A stretch of DNA of 64,000 bases from Mobula hypostoma (GCF_963921235.1 NC_086108.1:87980001-88044000), one strand, 5' to 3'; counted from the first letter of the stretch, positions 11,602 through 25,057 are shown. The notes: a model not told the origin generated them from the letters alone. Made by a program: numbers and translations.

Positions 11602-13186
11602 CTGGAAAGAAATATTAGGACACCCTTATGTATGGTCCAAGCCAATCTTTACTTTGTCTATATATATTGATCATCAGCCTGGAGTAATCAACTAAATAAT
11701 ATAAAATAATACACAATCTCCTTCTCAACCTACTTCACGTGAGAACATCTTTGTTCAATCCATTGCCTGTCACCTTAATTTTACATCCTGCTGCCATTCT
11801 GACCTCGCTGTCTGAGGCCTCCTAGACTTTTCCAACCAAACTCAACCATAAGCTTAAGGAAAAATTACTTGTCTTTGTGTTTGGAACAAGCAGCCTTCAA
11901 CAATTTCAGATAATCAGCCATTCCAGTCCAGATTTTTATATTTCCAACGTTCCGGTTTTCTTTAACATTCTCCTCTAAATGCAATCTCAGATTTAATTTG
12001 TCTCCATCCACTTTTCCTCCGGAAGTCTTATACCACTACGACTTCTTTTCAGTCAGCACCATCGCCACTTGAGATCTTCACCGTCTCCTGGTCTTGTTTC
12101 TATCACACCTTTTTCGCTCTCTCTGCCTTTGATTACTTTCTCCAGTGCCGGCGCAGGAACAACCTTCGCTACCATCATGAGATCTTCAAGAGGCGGTGGC
12201 TCAAGACAGCAGCATCCATCACGAAGGACCCTCAGCATCTGGTACATGCACTTTTCCCATTACTACCATCGGGGCAGCCTTGAGACCCAAGCTCAATGTT
12301 TTAGGAACAGCTTCTTCCCCTCTGCCTTCAAATTTCTGAGTGGTCCATGAACCAAAACATTCCATCATTTATCCATAATGTGCACTGTTTATTTATTTTG
12401 TAATTTATAGTAATTTTATGTCTTGCACTGTAATACTGCTGCAAAACAACAAATTTCACGATATACAAGTCAGTGATAATAACACTCATTCTATGTTTTT
12501 CAAGCGTGTTTAGCTTAATTAATATTTTTGGTTATATTTTTCTTTTCAAAGTATTTGACTTGGCATTACTTTAGCAATGTGTGCCATCTCACATCGTGCT
12601 AATCATTTTTCGTTCACAAGAAGTTCCAGTGCTGCTGTTCATCTATGTACTCTTCAGTTAGGGTGTTGCAGCTATCACCCAGTCTTAGCACAATGTTATC
12701 CGGTAGAAATTGTCACATCAGTCTACTGGCCACGTGCATCAATTTAGCCACATTTTTCAACTTTATTTGAAAATGAATTCATACAAATTATGCACTTTAT
12801 ATAAAAGTTTACTTAACCAAAAACTTTCACAAGTCAGTACCCAAGCTGGTAACATTTGAATACCCTGGTTTCTGTCTTGGCATTATTCCAACAAGTGCAG
12901 AAAAAAGTGAAAGTTCACATGCAGAGGAACTCAGCAGGTCAGGCAGCCTCTATGGAGACGATTAAACTGTTGACATTTCGGGCCAAGACCCTTCATCATC
13001 ATCTCTTGTATTTATAAAGTTCACATGCATATATTTTGTGAACTTGTCCATATTATTAATAAAAGTATGATTTATTCATTTCTTCTTACTGATACCAAAG
13101 TATTTTCCATCTGTTTCCCAATAGATGACCAGTGTCTAAAGGAGTGGACATTTCTGCTTTGGAGGTAAATATATGGACATGAACTG

Positions 13187-13370
13187 ACAAACAAGAGAAA
13201 ATCTGCAGATGCTGGAAATCCGAGCCACAAACGCAAAATGCTGGAGGAACTCAGCAGGCCAGGCAGCATCTATGGAAGAGAGTACAGTCAATGTTTCAGG
13301 CCAAAACATCGACTGTACTCTTTCCTGTAGATGCTGCCTGGCCTGCTGAGTTCCTCCAGTATTTTGTGTG
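13187..13370. mobile_element. Minimal palindromic Penelope-derived element
   Basis: Inverted arms and a 13-bp TSD tgga(c/g)atgaactg; the hammerhead cores are deleted at the junction. Confidence 0.75.
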
Positions 13371-13909
13371 TGGAGATGAACTGTATTTTTTTTTGCAGAA
13401 CAAGTTCATGGAATCACCATTAAATCAGGAGAACATACTGCAAATTCTAGACACGGGGAGTAATGGTGCATGGTGTACATCACTAAGACACCCTTCCTTG
13501 AGGGCTGGGTCACAAATGTGGCAGGTTTGGAATGTCTGTAGATTGCTTTTGTCATCATTGAAGAGGCACCTATGATTTTGTGGTGTCTGCTATATTAATA
13601 TCAGGTTGACAACAAGTTAATCAATTCTGAGGTCCTCAAAACAAACTTTCAAATTGAGGTCTTCCAGAACTGGATGGCTGTGTTCAGACTTCAGTTTGAG
13701 CTTGGAACCTCCAAGCACCCTGATTTTCATAATAAGAAGGGTACAAAGTAATACAATTAGGATGCTTTGGATGCCTAGTCACAGTCCACTTGAAGTGTCA
13801 CTTACCTCTTCACTATTGTTAAATCGATTGATGTCACATTGAGACTGTTAATAGCCCATTAAAGGATGGTGATGGAAGTGAAACTTGACCCTAACAATGA
13901 TCCACTCAC

Positions 13910-14058
13910 CTTCCATCCTGTCCCATTTTCCTCAGAGTACCTGATCTGATAAACCATTTGATTCTGGAACTTTTTGATCGGTGGCTCCCAAAAGAGACGC
14001 AGTTTCCCACCAGTTGTGCTTATATCAGTCTTCATAATTCTTGGGGGATCAGGACGGA
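13910..14058 (-). CDS. MPL: MPL exon 8 (VRPDPPRIMKTDISTTGGKLRLFWEPPIKKFQNQMVYQIRYSEENGTGWK)
   Basis: cccag| acceptor and |gtgagt donor, 149 bp. FnIII motifs W.PP, YQIRY and terminal WK. Confidence 0.91.
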
Positions 14059-15499
14059 CTGGGACAAAGGGAAATATATGGATCAGTTTCATTATATTAA
14101 CAGTGAAGGAAGCTTTTCTTAAGAAGCCATTTCTAGATTCCACAATCTTGGACAGTCGCCCAGAATAAAGGGTGACCTTTGGGTTAGGGTTGCTGACTTG
14201 TGGGCATGCTATGTTTGCGTTGGAAGCATGGCAACACTTCTGAGCTATCTAGCACAGTTCTTGCTGGTTTGATTTGATGCAAACAACACATTGCACTGGA
14301 AAATTTGATGTACATGTGACAAATAAAGATAATCATATTTTCTTTTTCTTCATTTACCACAATTCTGAACTGTTTCTACAACCTACAGGCTCATTTCAAA
14401 GGACTCGTTACTAGTTTTATTATTTATTAACTAGTACTCATGATTATTTTTTTAATTGCACAGTTTGTCTTCTTTCACATATTGGTTGATAATCTTTGTT
14501 TATGTATAGTTTTTCATAAATTCTATTGTATTTCTTTATTTTCCTGTAAATGCCTGCAAGGCGTGGTAGTATACAGTAGCATATATGTTATTTGATAATA
14601 AATTTTACTTTGACTTTCCTTCCTGAGCTGTTTACTGTTTACCTAAGCTGTGAACTACATGCATTTTAAATTATGTTTATTAATTTATTTGTGGTAATAT
14701 TTTGTTTTAGGTTCTGAGTGTTTTATACGTTTTGCAGTTGCACCATGGTCCAGAGGAACATTGTTTTGTTTGGTTATGTACAGGTACAGTCAGATGATGA
14801 TAAACCTGAATTTGAACTTGAACTTGAGTTCCTCCAGTAGATTGTTTGTTGCTTATGTCGTCTCTTGTGTCTCCTTTGCAGAAACAGTGTTGGTTTTATT
14901 TTTTTCAGAGCCTTGAATGCCTACCTTGGACAGTCCGGGTCTCAGAAGGTACACAGGAGAGCAGCAATTAAATGTGTCGCCGGTTCAGAGTTAAGGCAAC
15001 TTGTGCGAAGTGTGCAACTGGAGGTGGGGATGTGAGCTGGGCGATCTCCTCATTATATCTTTTAAAACAACACCCAAACCACCTGAAGAGGGCCAACTGG
15101 TTTTGTGTAATAGTTTGCACATCATTAATCTATAACCTTTAGATTTCATAGAGAGGTATAGATGTTGTAAGTGTGATAAACAAATTAGATGAGTGCAGGT
15201 TGAAGACACTGTCTTATTGAAATGGAATTACAAAGACTTTAGGGGAAAGAAATACTTAACTTAGGCATGCAAAATCAATAGGAAGCACTGGGGAGTACAG
15301 AATTGTGAAACTTGTTGGAATCAGTTGTCCTTTTTTATACTTTTTATAAGATATTAATTGAATTAATGCAAGACTAAAATCATAGTTTTAATCGTATCAG
15401 TAAAAAGAAACCATAATTTGTATCATTAACAAACTCAAGTATTTTTCACAGTATGTGGTGTTCGTCCCCACTTACTGGCTGAAGCTGGTACAGCAGTTA

Positions 15500-16228
15500 C
15501 AACACACATAAAAGTTGCTGGTGAATGCAGCAGACCAGGCAGCATCTCTAGGAAGAGGTACAGTCGACGTTTTGGGCCTAGACCCTTCGTCAGGACTAAC
15601 TGAAAGAAGAGATAGTAAGAGATTTGAGAGGGAGAGGGGGAGGGGGATATCCAAAATGATAGGAGAAGACAGGAGGGGGAGGGATGGAGCCAAGAGCTGG
15701 ACAGGTGATTGGCAAAAGGGATATGAGAGGATCATGGGACAGGAGGCCTAGGGAGAAAGAAAGAGGAGGGGGGGGGAAACCACAGGATGGACAAGGGGTA
15801 TAGTGAGGGGGACAAAGGGAGAAAAAGGAGAATGAGAGAAAGAATGTGTGTATAAAAATAAGTAACAGATGGGGTACGAGGGGGAGGTGGGGCATTAGCG
15901 GAAGTTTGAGAAGTCAATGTTCATGCCATCAGGTTGGAGGCTACCCAGACGGAATATAAGGTGTTGTTCCTCCAACCTGAGTGTGGCTTCATCTTTACAG
16001 TAGAAGAGGCCATGGATAGACATATCAGAATGGGAACTGGACGTGGAATTAAAATGTGTGGTCACTGGGAGATCCTGCTTTCTCTGGTGGACAGAGCATA
16101 GGTGTTCAGCGAAACGATCTCCCAGTCTGCATCGGGTCTCGCCAATATATAGAAGGCCACATCGGGAGCACCCAGACGCAGTATATCACCCCAGTCGACT
16201 CACAGGTGAAATGTCGCCTCACCTGGAA
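15500..16228 (-). mobile_element. Penelope-like element 3' part (GIY-YIG remnant and terminal repeat)
   Basis: Same family as 17253-18154; the hammerhead GAAA is mutated to AAAA. Confidence 0.8.
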
Positions 16229-17196
16229 GGACTGCCAGTTTCATTTTTTAATTGGCTAAATGTTAGCACATTATACATGAGTTATAATTGTTTTAATTAT
16301 CTCACCTTTTGATTGGAGTCTGTTATCTAAGGGATTTTCTGTTATCTCAAATATATAGGTGATAGATTTTTCAAAGGTGCCACATTCTTTATATTGAATC
16401 AATGGAATCTCTTTAATCTCTGCTTTGCTTCTCAGCTCCTCACTTAGTTTCAAATGCTATGATCCTTTGTTTAAACTTTAAAATAAATGATTATGAAAAT
16501 CAAAGTTTCTCACTCATTCCTGAACTCCTAAAAGAACCCAGAGATTGAAAATTTTCGAGATCCATCAAATGCAAAAGAGAATTAAGTGAATTGATTAAGG
16601 GTTGAGGTACTGTTAATATTCTGGAGGCAATAAAGAGGGAACTACACAGAAATGCAAGATATAGTAGTAGTCCCAAGGGCAACTGCTTTTTGGAGGATAA
16701 AGCTGGAACAGAGATTAGTATGGAAGTTTGATGAAGAGTGGCCCTGCAATAAAGGAGTTAATGAAACCAAGTAGCTTCAAATGGAACCAAGGTGGTGGTG
16801 GACTGTGTTAGTAGTGCCAGGTGTTGTATGGTTGGAAAGACATACAAAGCAATACTGTGGCCAGCAAATGGAATTTGGACCAGCACAATGCTGTAGTGAC
16901 TGCTTGGCATCATAAATATAGGCAGAATCTTTTGTTGAGAATACCATCTCCCCGTCTTTGGAGTTTATAAAGCGCTGTATGACTGCAAGTGTCTGATTAG
17001 CTTTATTGGTCACATGCACATTGAAACAAACAGTGAAAGGTGTTGTTTGTGTCAAATCAGATCAGCCAGGATTGTACGGAGCAATCCACGAGTGTCACAA
17101 TGTCAGCATAGTATGCCCACAACTCACTATCCCTAACCCAACACTCACAACACGCTGGAGGAACTCAGCAGGTCAGGCAGCATCCGTGGAAAAGAA

Positions 17197-17234
17197 CAGT
17201 CAACGTTTCGGGCTGGAACCCTTCGTCAGGACTG
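17197..17234 (-). ncRNA. Minimal hammerhead ribozyme (host Penelope element)
   Basis: cagtc-CTGACGA-a-gggt-tcca-gccc-GAAA-c-GTT-gactg. Confidence 0.7.
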
Positions 17235-17312
17235 CAGAGGCCCTATAAAGAAACACACATCAAAGTTGCTGGTGAACGCAGCAGGCCAGGCAGCATCTCC
17301 AGGAAGAGGTAC

Positions 17313-17348
17313 AATCAACGTTTCAGGCCGAGACCCTTCGTCAGGACT
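17313..17348 (-). ncRNA. Minimal hammerhead ribozyme
   Basis: agtc-CTGACGA-agggtctcggcct-GAAA-c-GTT-gatt. Confidence 0.65.
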
Positions 17349-18021
17349 AACTGAAGGAAGAGTGAGTAAGGGATTTGAAAGTGGGAGGGGGAGGGGGAGA
17401 TCCAAAATGATAGGAGAAGACAGGAGGGGGAGGGATGGAGCCAAGAGCTGGACAGGTGATTGGCAAAGGGGATATGAGAGGATCATGGGACAGGAGGTCC
17501 GGGGAGAAGGACAAGTGGGGGGGGAGAACCCAGAGGATGGGCAAGGGGTATAGTCAGAGGGACAGAGGGAGAAAGAGAGAGAGAGAAAGAATGTGTGTAT
17601 ATAAATAAATAACGGATGAGGTACGAGGGGGAGGTGGGGCATTAGCGGAAGTTAGAGAAGTCGATGTTCATGCCATCAGGTTGGAGGGTACCCAGACGGA
17701 ATATAAGGTGTTGTTGGAGGAACATCTAATGCCCCACCTCCCCCTCGTACCTCATCCGTTATTTATTTATATACACACATTCTTTCTCTCACTCTCCTTT
17801 TTCTCCCTCTGTCCCTCTGACTATACCCCTTGCCCATCCTCTGGGTTTCCCCCCCTTGTCTTTCTCCCCGGACCTCCTGTCCCATGATCCTCTCATATCC
17901 CTCTTGCCAATCACCTGTCCAGCTCTTAGCTCCATCCCTCCCCCTCCTGTCTTCTCCTATCATTTTGGATCTCCCCCTCCCCCTCCCACTTTCAAGTCCC
18001 TTACTCACTCTTCCTTCATTT

Positions 18022-18057
18022 AGTCCTGACGAAGGGTCTCAGCCTGAAACGTCGACT
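18022..18057 (+). ncRNA. Minimal hammerhead ribozyme
   Basis: agtc-CTGACGA-agggtctcagcct-GAAA-c-GTC-gact; predicted cleavage after C18053. Confidence 0.72.
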
Positions 18058-18988
18058 GTACCTCTTCCTAGAGATGCTGCCTGGCCTGCTGCGTTCACCA
18101 GCAACTTCGATGTGTGTTGCTTGAATTTCCAGCATCTGTAGAATTCCTGTTGTTGGCCCTATAAAGAAGGTGAGTGGAGGGTGGGAAGGAGAAGGCTGGT
18201 AGGTGCCAGGCGAAAAACCAGTAAGGGGAAAGATAAAGGGGTGGGGGAGGGGAAGCAGGGAGGGGATAGGCAGGAAAACAATGGGTAGTGGAAGGAGGCG
18301 GAACCATGAGGGAGGTGATAGGCAGCCGGGGGAGGGGGCAGAGTGAGACTGGGATGGGGGAAGGGACGGGAAGGGAATTACCGGAAGTTGGAGAATTCAA
18401 TGTTCATACCAAGGGGCTGGAGACTACCCAGACGGTACTCCGATCTTACAGCTGGCACTGTAATAGTGTTACTCTACTACTGTGCCCCGCAGATACCTGT
18501 CAGCATCTTGTCTGATGCCAGTAAACCTGCTTCAACTCCTTTTACTGCTTGGGCTATCAATGGAGCTCTGACAGAGCCATATGCAAATCATCTTCTGAGG
18601 AATAAGGCATAATGTACATGCTACCAAATTCTTTTGCCAGATCCAGACCTTCTGCCTTTAGCCCCCCCCACCCCCGCCCACCAAGTTACTTTCTGCTTTC
18701 ACATTTGCCTCTGTCTACTACAGGTTTTACTCTGCACTGTGAAGTGTGTGGATCATCCTAAGATCATGAAGGATGGCAGCAGAGTTAAATTTTCATTTCA
18801 CTTAAAAGGCATTGTATATGAACCTGAAGCACACTTAACTCCTTTTCAACTGCGTGTCTGTTTGCTGGAAATGGGAGAAAGTTTACAAGAGCAGAGTCAT
18901 TTCAGGACTACGTTAATTACTTGTGGTGTAGACAGGTGTGGTGCATATCCTACTATGTATCTATGGTAACTAATCCTCCCTCACTTAC

Positions 18989-19164
18989 CAATATTTTCAG
19001 TCTTGAAGGGCTTCTTGTAAAATGTCTGTATGTGATGTGGGTAGGATGCATTAATGATAACGACCGTCTTATTGGCTTCCGATGTTGCAATGGTGCACTG
19101 GTAGGTGATGCCATCCCCTCTGGTAGTGTTTCTTTGATTGCTGCATATTTTCCAGACCTCCGGT
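18989..19164 (-). CDS. MPL: MPL exon 7 (PEVWKICSNQRNTTRGDGITYQCTIATSEANKTVVIINASYPHHIQTFYKKPFKTENI)
   Basis: gccag| acceptor and |gtaagt donor, 176 bp. Phases fit exons 6 and 8; W..C...C and PF motifs. Confidence 0.87.
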
Positions 19165-19949
19165 CTGGCAGAAAAATGAATATTTTGCTCAAGAAATGTT
19201 GGCAAACACAAGTAAGAAAATTGGTATCCAGTTACTTCTTCTGCTCCACCTCATTCACTTATTTAATTTGGGAATTTGTACAAACAAAGCATTGGAGACA
19301 TTGCAAACTCTTTATCTTTCCAAGTCATCAATTGAGCAACTGAAAGGCCAATCACTAACAATGAGCCGTGTGTATCGGTAACTGGAAATAAAACCCATTA
19401 TCCAGGTGGTAAAATACAGAATTTGCATTCCCACTTCTATAAAATACTCCTGATATTCTTCTCATCTTTCCTCAGCACTCTGACATTTCATGATAATCAT
19501 ACAAAGGCCTATCTGTCCTTTCCATAAGTACCTGAGCATAAAATGCATTCTCAGCCCATAGTAGCACTTACTACTGATCAAAAGGGGTACTCTTAAGTTT
19601 GAAGAGAAGATGTAGCGTTCTGTTTTTGATCACTTGAACATTTGCCACATTTTCCATGTTAGTGACCGAAAACACAACTTTACATGTGTCTGTATACAGT
19701 ACTTGTTGTCACCAGTTCAGATGAAGATTTTAACTGGATGTTCTAATTTCTCAAGCTCTTTTGAAATGTATGAGAAAGCTAACTAGAAAATTTCTTTCTG
19801 TAAAAGAATGCAATATCACTAAGTAATGACACACAAGTGCATTTTTTTGAAAAGGTTGGCTTGATAAGGTAAAAGGTGAAAGGATGTTTCCATCCTATTG
19901 GGTGTACATAGAACTACGTGGGATAATGGTTCAATGGTTCCATTTAATA

Positions 19950-20022
19950 TGTGAGTGTGAGTTTGAGTGTGAGAGAGAGAGTGAGTGTGAGAATGAGAAA
20001 GTGTGTGTGAGAGAGAGAGATA
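19950..20022. repeat. (GA/GT)n compound microsatellite
   Basis: gtgagtgtgagagagaga... tract. Confidence 0.7.
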
Positions 20023-20357
20023 ATGAGAATATGATAATTTGGGCCACATGCATTACGAAACATAAATAGAGTTGGCTATCTAAGTTTCTTCTTTAAGACA
20101 TTCAGAGGAACACAGTCAGCAGAGATGTCATTTATGGGGAGCAGGAGGAAAGTTGCGCTGAACTCAAGTTCAAATGAATAATGATCTTATTAGATGGCAG
20201 CCAAGAGCAAGATAAAACATGTTTCGGCATCCTTCTAGCACCCAGTTACTCAATACAAGACTTGGAATTGTGCACCAGGATTGGGTTGTGTTGTGATACG
20301 TTGAGCCAGCTCGATACCTTTATCTAGCTCTGGACGATTGGCTTAGAATGATGACAT

Positions 20358-21760
20358 TTAGACCATAGAACATGGATCAGTACAGCACAGGAACAGGCCC
20401 TTTGGTGCACAGTGTTGTGCTGAATAAATGAAATTATTAATCAAATGGCTAACTAAACTAATCTGTTCTGCCTATATTATGTCCATATCCTTCCATTCAT
20501 GTGCCTGTCTAAATGTCTCTTAAAGTCCCTATTGTTTCTGCCCCCACCTGGGGCAGTGCATTCTAGGCACCCACCACTCTGTGTGTATAAAAAATTGCCC
20601 CTCACATCTCTTTTGAAATTATTCCTTCTCACCTTATGGGCATGCCCACTGGTATTAGACATTTCAACCTGGGAAAACGATACTCTCGGTCTACTCTATC
20701 TATGCCTCTCATAATCTTGTAAACCTCTATCAGATTTCCCTGCAGCCTGCACTGCTCCAGAGAAAACGAACAAAGTTTGTCCAACCTCTCATTATAGCAC
20801 GGGCCCTCTAATCCAGGAAACATCCTGGTAAACCTCTTCTGCACCCTCTCCAAAGTATCGGCATCTTTTCCATAATGGGATGACCTGAACTGCATTCAGT
20901 ACTCCAGAGGCCACCTAACTGGAGTTTTATAAAGCCGCAAATATAACTTCCTGCCTTTTGAATTCAATGCCTCAACTAATAAAGGCAAGACATGCCATAT
21001 CCTCCTTAACCACCCTATCAACCTGTGCAGCCACTTTCAGGGAACTTGGATCACGAGATCCCTCTGCTCATCAACACGGTTAAGGATCTTACCCTTAATA
21101 GTATATGTCTCTTTGCTTTTGACCTACCAAGGTGCAACACTTCAAAATTGGCTGAGTTAAACTTCATCTGCTATTTTTCCCTGATCCACCCCATCTGTAA
21201 CTGATGTGTATTCCATTGTATTCTTTGCCAGGCTTCTCTGCTATCCAAAACACCACCAATTTTATTATCATCTGCAAACTTATTGACCTACCCATCTACA
21301 TCTTCATCTAGGTCATTTTTATACACCACACACACAGCAGTGGTCCTGGTACAGATCTCGGAAGAACACCACTAATCACAGGTCCCATTGACCTCGACCC
21401 TCATTCCTCTATTGGCAAGCCATTTCTGAACCTAAACTCATCATGGACCCTCTGCATGTTAATCCTCTGGATGAAGCTGTCATGAGGGACCGTGTCAAAA
21501 CTAACATCCACGTAAACTCCATGTAAACTATATCCACATCTCTACCTCCATCATCACCCTCGACATCTTATCAAAAACTTCAATCAAGTTTGCAAGACAC
21601 AACTTGCCCCACACAAAGCCATGCTAGTTCTCTCTAATGAGGCCATGGTTTTCCCAATGCTCAGAAATCCTATCCCTAAGAATTCTCTCCAGTAACTTCC
21701 CTACCATTGATGTCAGTCTCACCAATCTATAGTTTTCAGGATTATCCTGGTCCCCTTCTT
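20358..21760 (-). mobile_element. CR1 LINE 3' region, degenerate
   Basis: LERVQKRFTRMFPGL...LIEVYKIMRG and NYRLVRLTSMVGKLLERI. Confidence 0.85.
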
Positions 21761-21789
21761 GAATAATGGAATATTTGTACATGGAAAAG

Positions 21790-22295
21790 TTTATAGAAAG
21801 TGATGGTACTGTCCAGTCCATCACACGCAAAGCCCACCCCATCTTTGAGCACATTTACATGGAGCACTTTCACAAAAATCCTGCATCCATTATCAAGCTC
21901 CCTACCATCCAGGCCATGCTCTCTTCTCACTACAGCCATCAGGCAGGAGGTACAGGAGCCTTAGGTTCCACTCCACCAGGCTCAGGACTAGTTATCACCC
22001 TGCAAAAATCAGGCTCTGAACTGGCATGGATAGCTTCACTCACCACAACTCCGAACTGATCCCACAACCTACAGGCTCACTTTCAAGAACTCCAAAACTG
22101 ATATTCTCAGTATTATTTTATTTTTATTTACACAGTTTTTTATGCAAACTGATTGCTTGTATTCTTTATGTATAGTTTTTCATAAATTTTATTGTATTTC
22201 TTTATTTTCTGTAAATGCTTGCAATAAAATGAACTTCAAGGTAGTATGTGACAACATACACATACTTGGTGATAATAAATTTTACTTTGACTTTG
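21790..22295 (+). mobile_element. Rex1/Babar-like LINE 3' fragment
   Basis: cagtccatcac...gcatccattatcaag...tgataataaattttactttgacttt tail. Related copies lie near 34020-34600, 39280-39660 (minus strand) and 59340-59778. Confidence 0.65.
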
Positions 22296-22533
22296 TCCAT
22301 TCTTGATCAATACAATATATCTACCACATATTTTATTCCGCTGTTAAACATGAGAAAAAAATCATAAATACCTCGACATACTGTATATTGAATTTGGCAT
22401 GCCCATTGTCATGTTGGGTTCTAGTTCACCCCGTCTTTCACCCATCAGTCCATCCTCATTCCACAACCTTCATTTCCATCCCCCAACGGGAGCTCTAGAT
22501 CGCCAGTGTTTCATGTTTAAACAGCAGAGTTAC

Positions 22534-22642
22534 CTTGTCTGATAGTAGAGACTGTAACGAGTGCCCTCTTCAGTTTTGTTCACTTTCCACTGGCAGGTTA
22601 TGAACTGGAGGTCAGGGCTTGAACAGCGTAGACTTATTTCAT
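22534..22642 (-). CDS. MPL: MPL exon 6 (DEISLRCSSPDLQFITCQWKVNKTEEGTRYSLYYQTR)
   Basis: accag| acceptor and |gtaact donor, 109 bp. L.C...DL..ITCQW motif of the second cytokine module. Confidence 0.9.
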
Positions 22643-22869
22643 CTGGTAAGCAATGAAAAGAGAAACTCCCCATCACCAGACAGACAAATGGCTTGAAGTA
22701 ACTAAAAAAAAATTTGTAATTCTTCTACAAGTTAGTTTTATATAATATCCATTTTACCTTGAAGGCAAAAAGAAAAACACAATTATAATTAAGTTTATTA
22801 ATGTCAGTATTCCTTATAAATAATGTAGATGCTTAGTGAGGAAGTGAAAGTGATTTGGTTTAAAATCAC

Positions 22870-23029
22870 CTGAAGAATAGGGAGTTACAGCTGATACTGT
22901 TTCTGACCAGACACTCCAGAAGCCATCAAATGAAATACCATCGGGTTTGGTGCGCAGGCGAACCATGTACCTAATTCCAGCCTTCAGGTCCCGAAGATCA
23001 TGATACTCCTTGAAACTGACAGTCACACT
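22870..23029 (-). CDS. MPL: MPL exon 5 (SVTVSFKEYHDLRDLKAGIRYMVRLRTKPDGISFDGFWSVWSETVSAVTPYSS)
   Basis: ttcag| acceptor and |gtgatt donor, 160 bp. PDGIS..G.WSVWS motif. Confidence 0.92.
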
Positions 23030-23777
23030 CTGAAAGAAGAGATTTATCAATTATTATTCTAGCACTGTTGGGGGAGGAGTTATAACATGTCCTTGAACCC
23101 AGCTCACATAAATCAAGTGCTCCCTCTCAGGGCAAACGTTTTAGAGGGTAGGAGGAGTGGAAGAAGAATCAGGTTCTGTCTGAGTACCATGTTTGTGGGA
23201 TGTTGCAAAGTTTACGGGGAATCAGTTGAAATCATTAAATATTGATGAGTAATTATGAATTCTCCAAAATTACATGTGGTGAGATGATGCAGATTGGAAT
23301 CTATGTATTTTAAAGGTATTGTATTGCACATAACCTTCATTCTAGGCTTCAGCTGATGCCAATTACACGCTACAAGATTGAAACTGAACTCTTGAATGCC
23401 CCTAATAAATTATTACATGATTACACCATTAACCCCACACCCACCCACCCACACACACACAGGTGAACATGCATAATACAGACACGCATACATGATGGCC
23501 TACACAGAAACACACAACAGATGAGGCTAGGTGTAACTGTGAGATGAAGATTAATTCACACTCCAAAGCAATTTAGCAAGGAGCAAAGGTAACGAAGAAA
23601 ACAGAAAGGCCAGAATAATTACAGTAGTATAAAAATTAGTTGAGAAATTATCTTCAAAAGAAAACCAAATTGTAATCAGTTTGACAACCCGCTTTTAAAG
23701 GATTTATGGTCCCAATATTTAGCCCATCCGTGATGGGCTTACTTTGGTCTTATTTTGTGGTATCTCATCCTTTTCTT

Positions 23778-24570
23778 AGAGTCATGGAATACCACAGCAC
23801 AGAAACAGACCTTTTGGCCCATCTAGTCCATGCCAAACTATTAATCTGTATAGTCCCCTCGACCTGCACCCAGACCACCCCCCTCCATACCCCTCCCATC
23901 CATTCACCCTCTGAGTGGAAATAATTCCCCATCATGGGCCCCTTAAACATTTAACCTTTCACCCTTAAACCATGACCCTTAGTGCTAGTCTCACCCACCC
24001 TCAGTGGAAAAAGCCTGCTGCATTTACCCTATCTATATCCCTCATAATTTTGTATACCTCTATCAAAACTCCCCTCATTCTCCTGCACTTGAGTGAATTA
24101 AGTCTGTATTCCCGGATCCCTCTGACCTACTGCCCTCCTCAGTGCCCTAATACTCACCATGTAAATCCTACCCTGGTTTGGTCTCCCAAAGTGCCACACC
24201 TCAAACTTGTCTGCATTATATTCCATCAGTCATTTTCAGCCCATTTTTTCAGCTGGTTCAGATCCCATTGCAAGTTTTGATAGACTTCCTCGCTGCCCAA
24301 TACACCCCACTCTTGCTGATCCAGCTTACTACATTATCATCCAGATTGTTGATAATGGACCCAGCACTGATCCCTGAGGAACACTACGATTGATAGGTTT
24401 CCACCATTTACTATCACTCTCTGGTTTCTCCTGCAAAGCTAATGTCTAATCCAGTTTATTACCTCATCTTGAATGTTGAGTGACTGAACCTTCTTGACCA
24501 ACCTCTCATATAGGAGCTTGTCAAAGACATTGCAAAAGTCAATGTAGCCACTGCCTTGCCTTCATCCATA
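23778..24570 (-). mobile_element. CR1 3' fragment, degenerate
   Basis: CR1-type 3'UTR (cagcacagaaacagacctt) and an RT remnant. Confidence 0.65.
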
Positions 24571-24774
24571 AGAGGTGCTGGACAAGTCAGGAGGTTGCAT
24601 CCTAGAAGACTGCATTGTACATGGAGTGCTCAGCTAGCCAGAGGTATTGTTGTTTGGCAATGATTACGAACATTATTGTTGCCTTTCTTACACTCACTAT
24701 GTTCATGCTTCAAAAATGTTTGGAGTTAAGCACATTGTAATTAATCGGTTCTCTCCTTGTAGAATCTACCTCAC

Positions 24775-24932
24775 CTTTGCAGAAGCAGGGCTGGACTTAT
24801 CCTTCCAGTAGCTAATTTCATAGATCAGAAATTCATTTATGTCAGGATTTTTTGGTGGAACCCAGTCAATACGGAGTTCACGTGGATTGCCATTCAAATG
24901 GACTGAGACATTGGAAGGTGGGTCTAGGAGAA
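24775..24932 (-). CDS. MPL: MPL exon 4 (VLLDPPSNVSVHLNGNPRELRIDWVPPKNPDINEFLIYEISYWKDKSSPASAK)
   Basis: ctcag| acceptor and |gtgagg donor, 158 bp. FnIII start with PP.N, W.PP and YEI.Y motifs. Confidence 0.9.
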
Positions 24933-25057
24933 CTGAGTGAAGAGAAGAAAGACAATTTTTAAGCAATTGGAAGTGATTAAAGTTCACAAGTACTCCTGAG
25001 AAGATGACATTAGATTAATGTTTTCTAAGGGTGAATAGGATCGCATCTGGCTGATTG

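Larger units (their letters stand above)
17253..18154. mobile_element. Palindromic Penelope-like insertion (arms of about 390 bp)
   Basis: Arms at about 17253-17645 and 17726-18117; exact 14-bp TSD ggccctataaagaa. Confidence 0.88.
17140..18435 (-). mobile_element. Penelope-like element hosting a later palindromic Penelope insertion
   Basis: Segments 17140-17252 and 18155-18435 become contiguous once the insert is removed. Confidence 0.7.

Noticed and set aside
16271..16453. 60-aa minus-strand ORF in MPL intron 7
   Set aside because: No recognisable motif, and exons 7 and 8 already join in frame without it.
17226..18141. Recurring ORFs such as MPHLPLVPH..., MILSYPFCQ... and MLVNAAGQAAS...
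   Set aside because: These are reading frames through the purine/pyrimidine-skewed Penelope terminal repeat and recur only because the repeat does.
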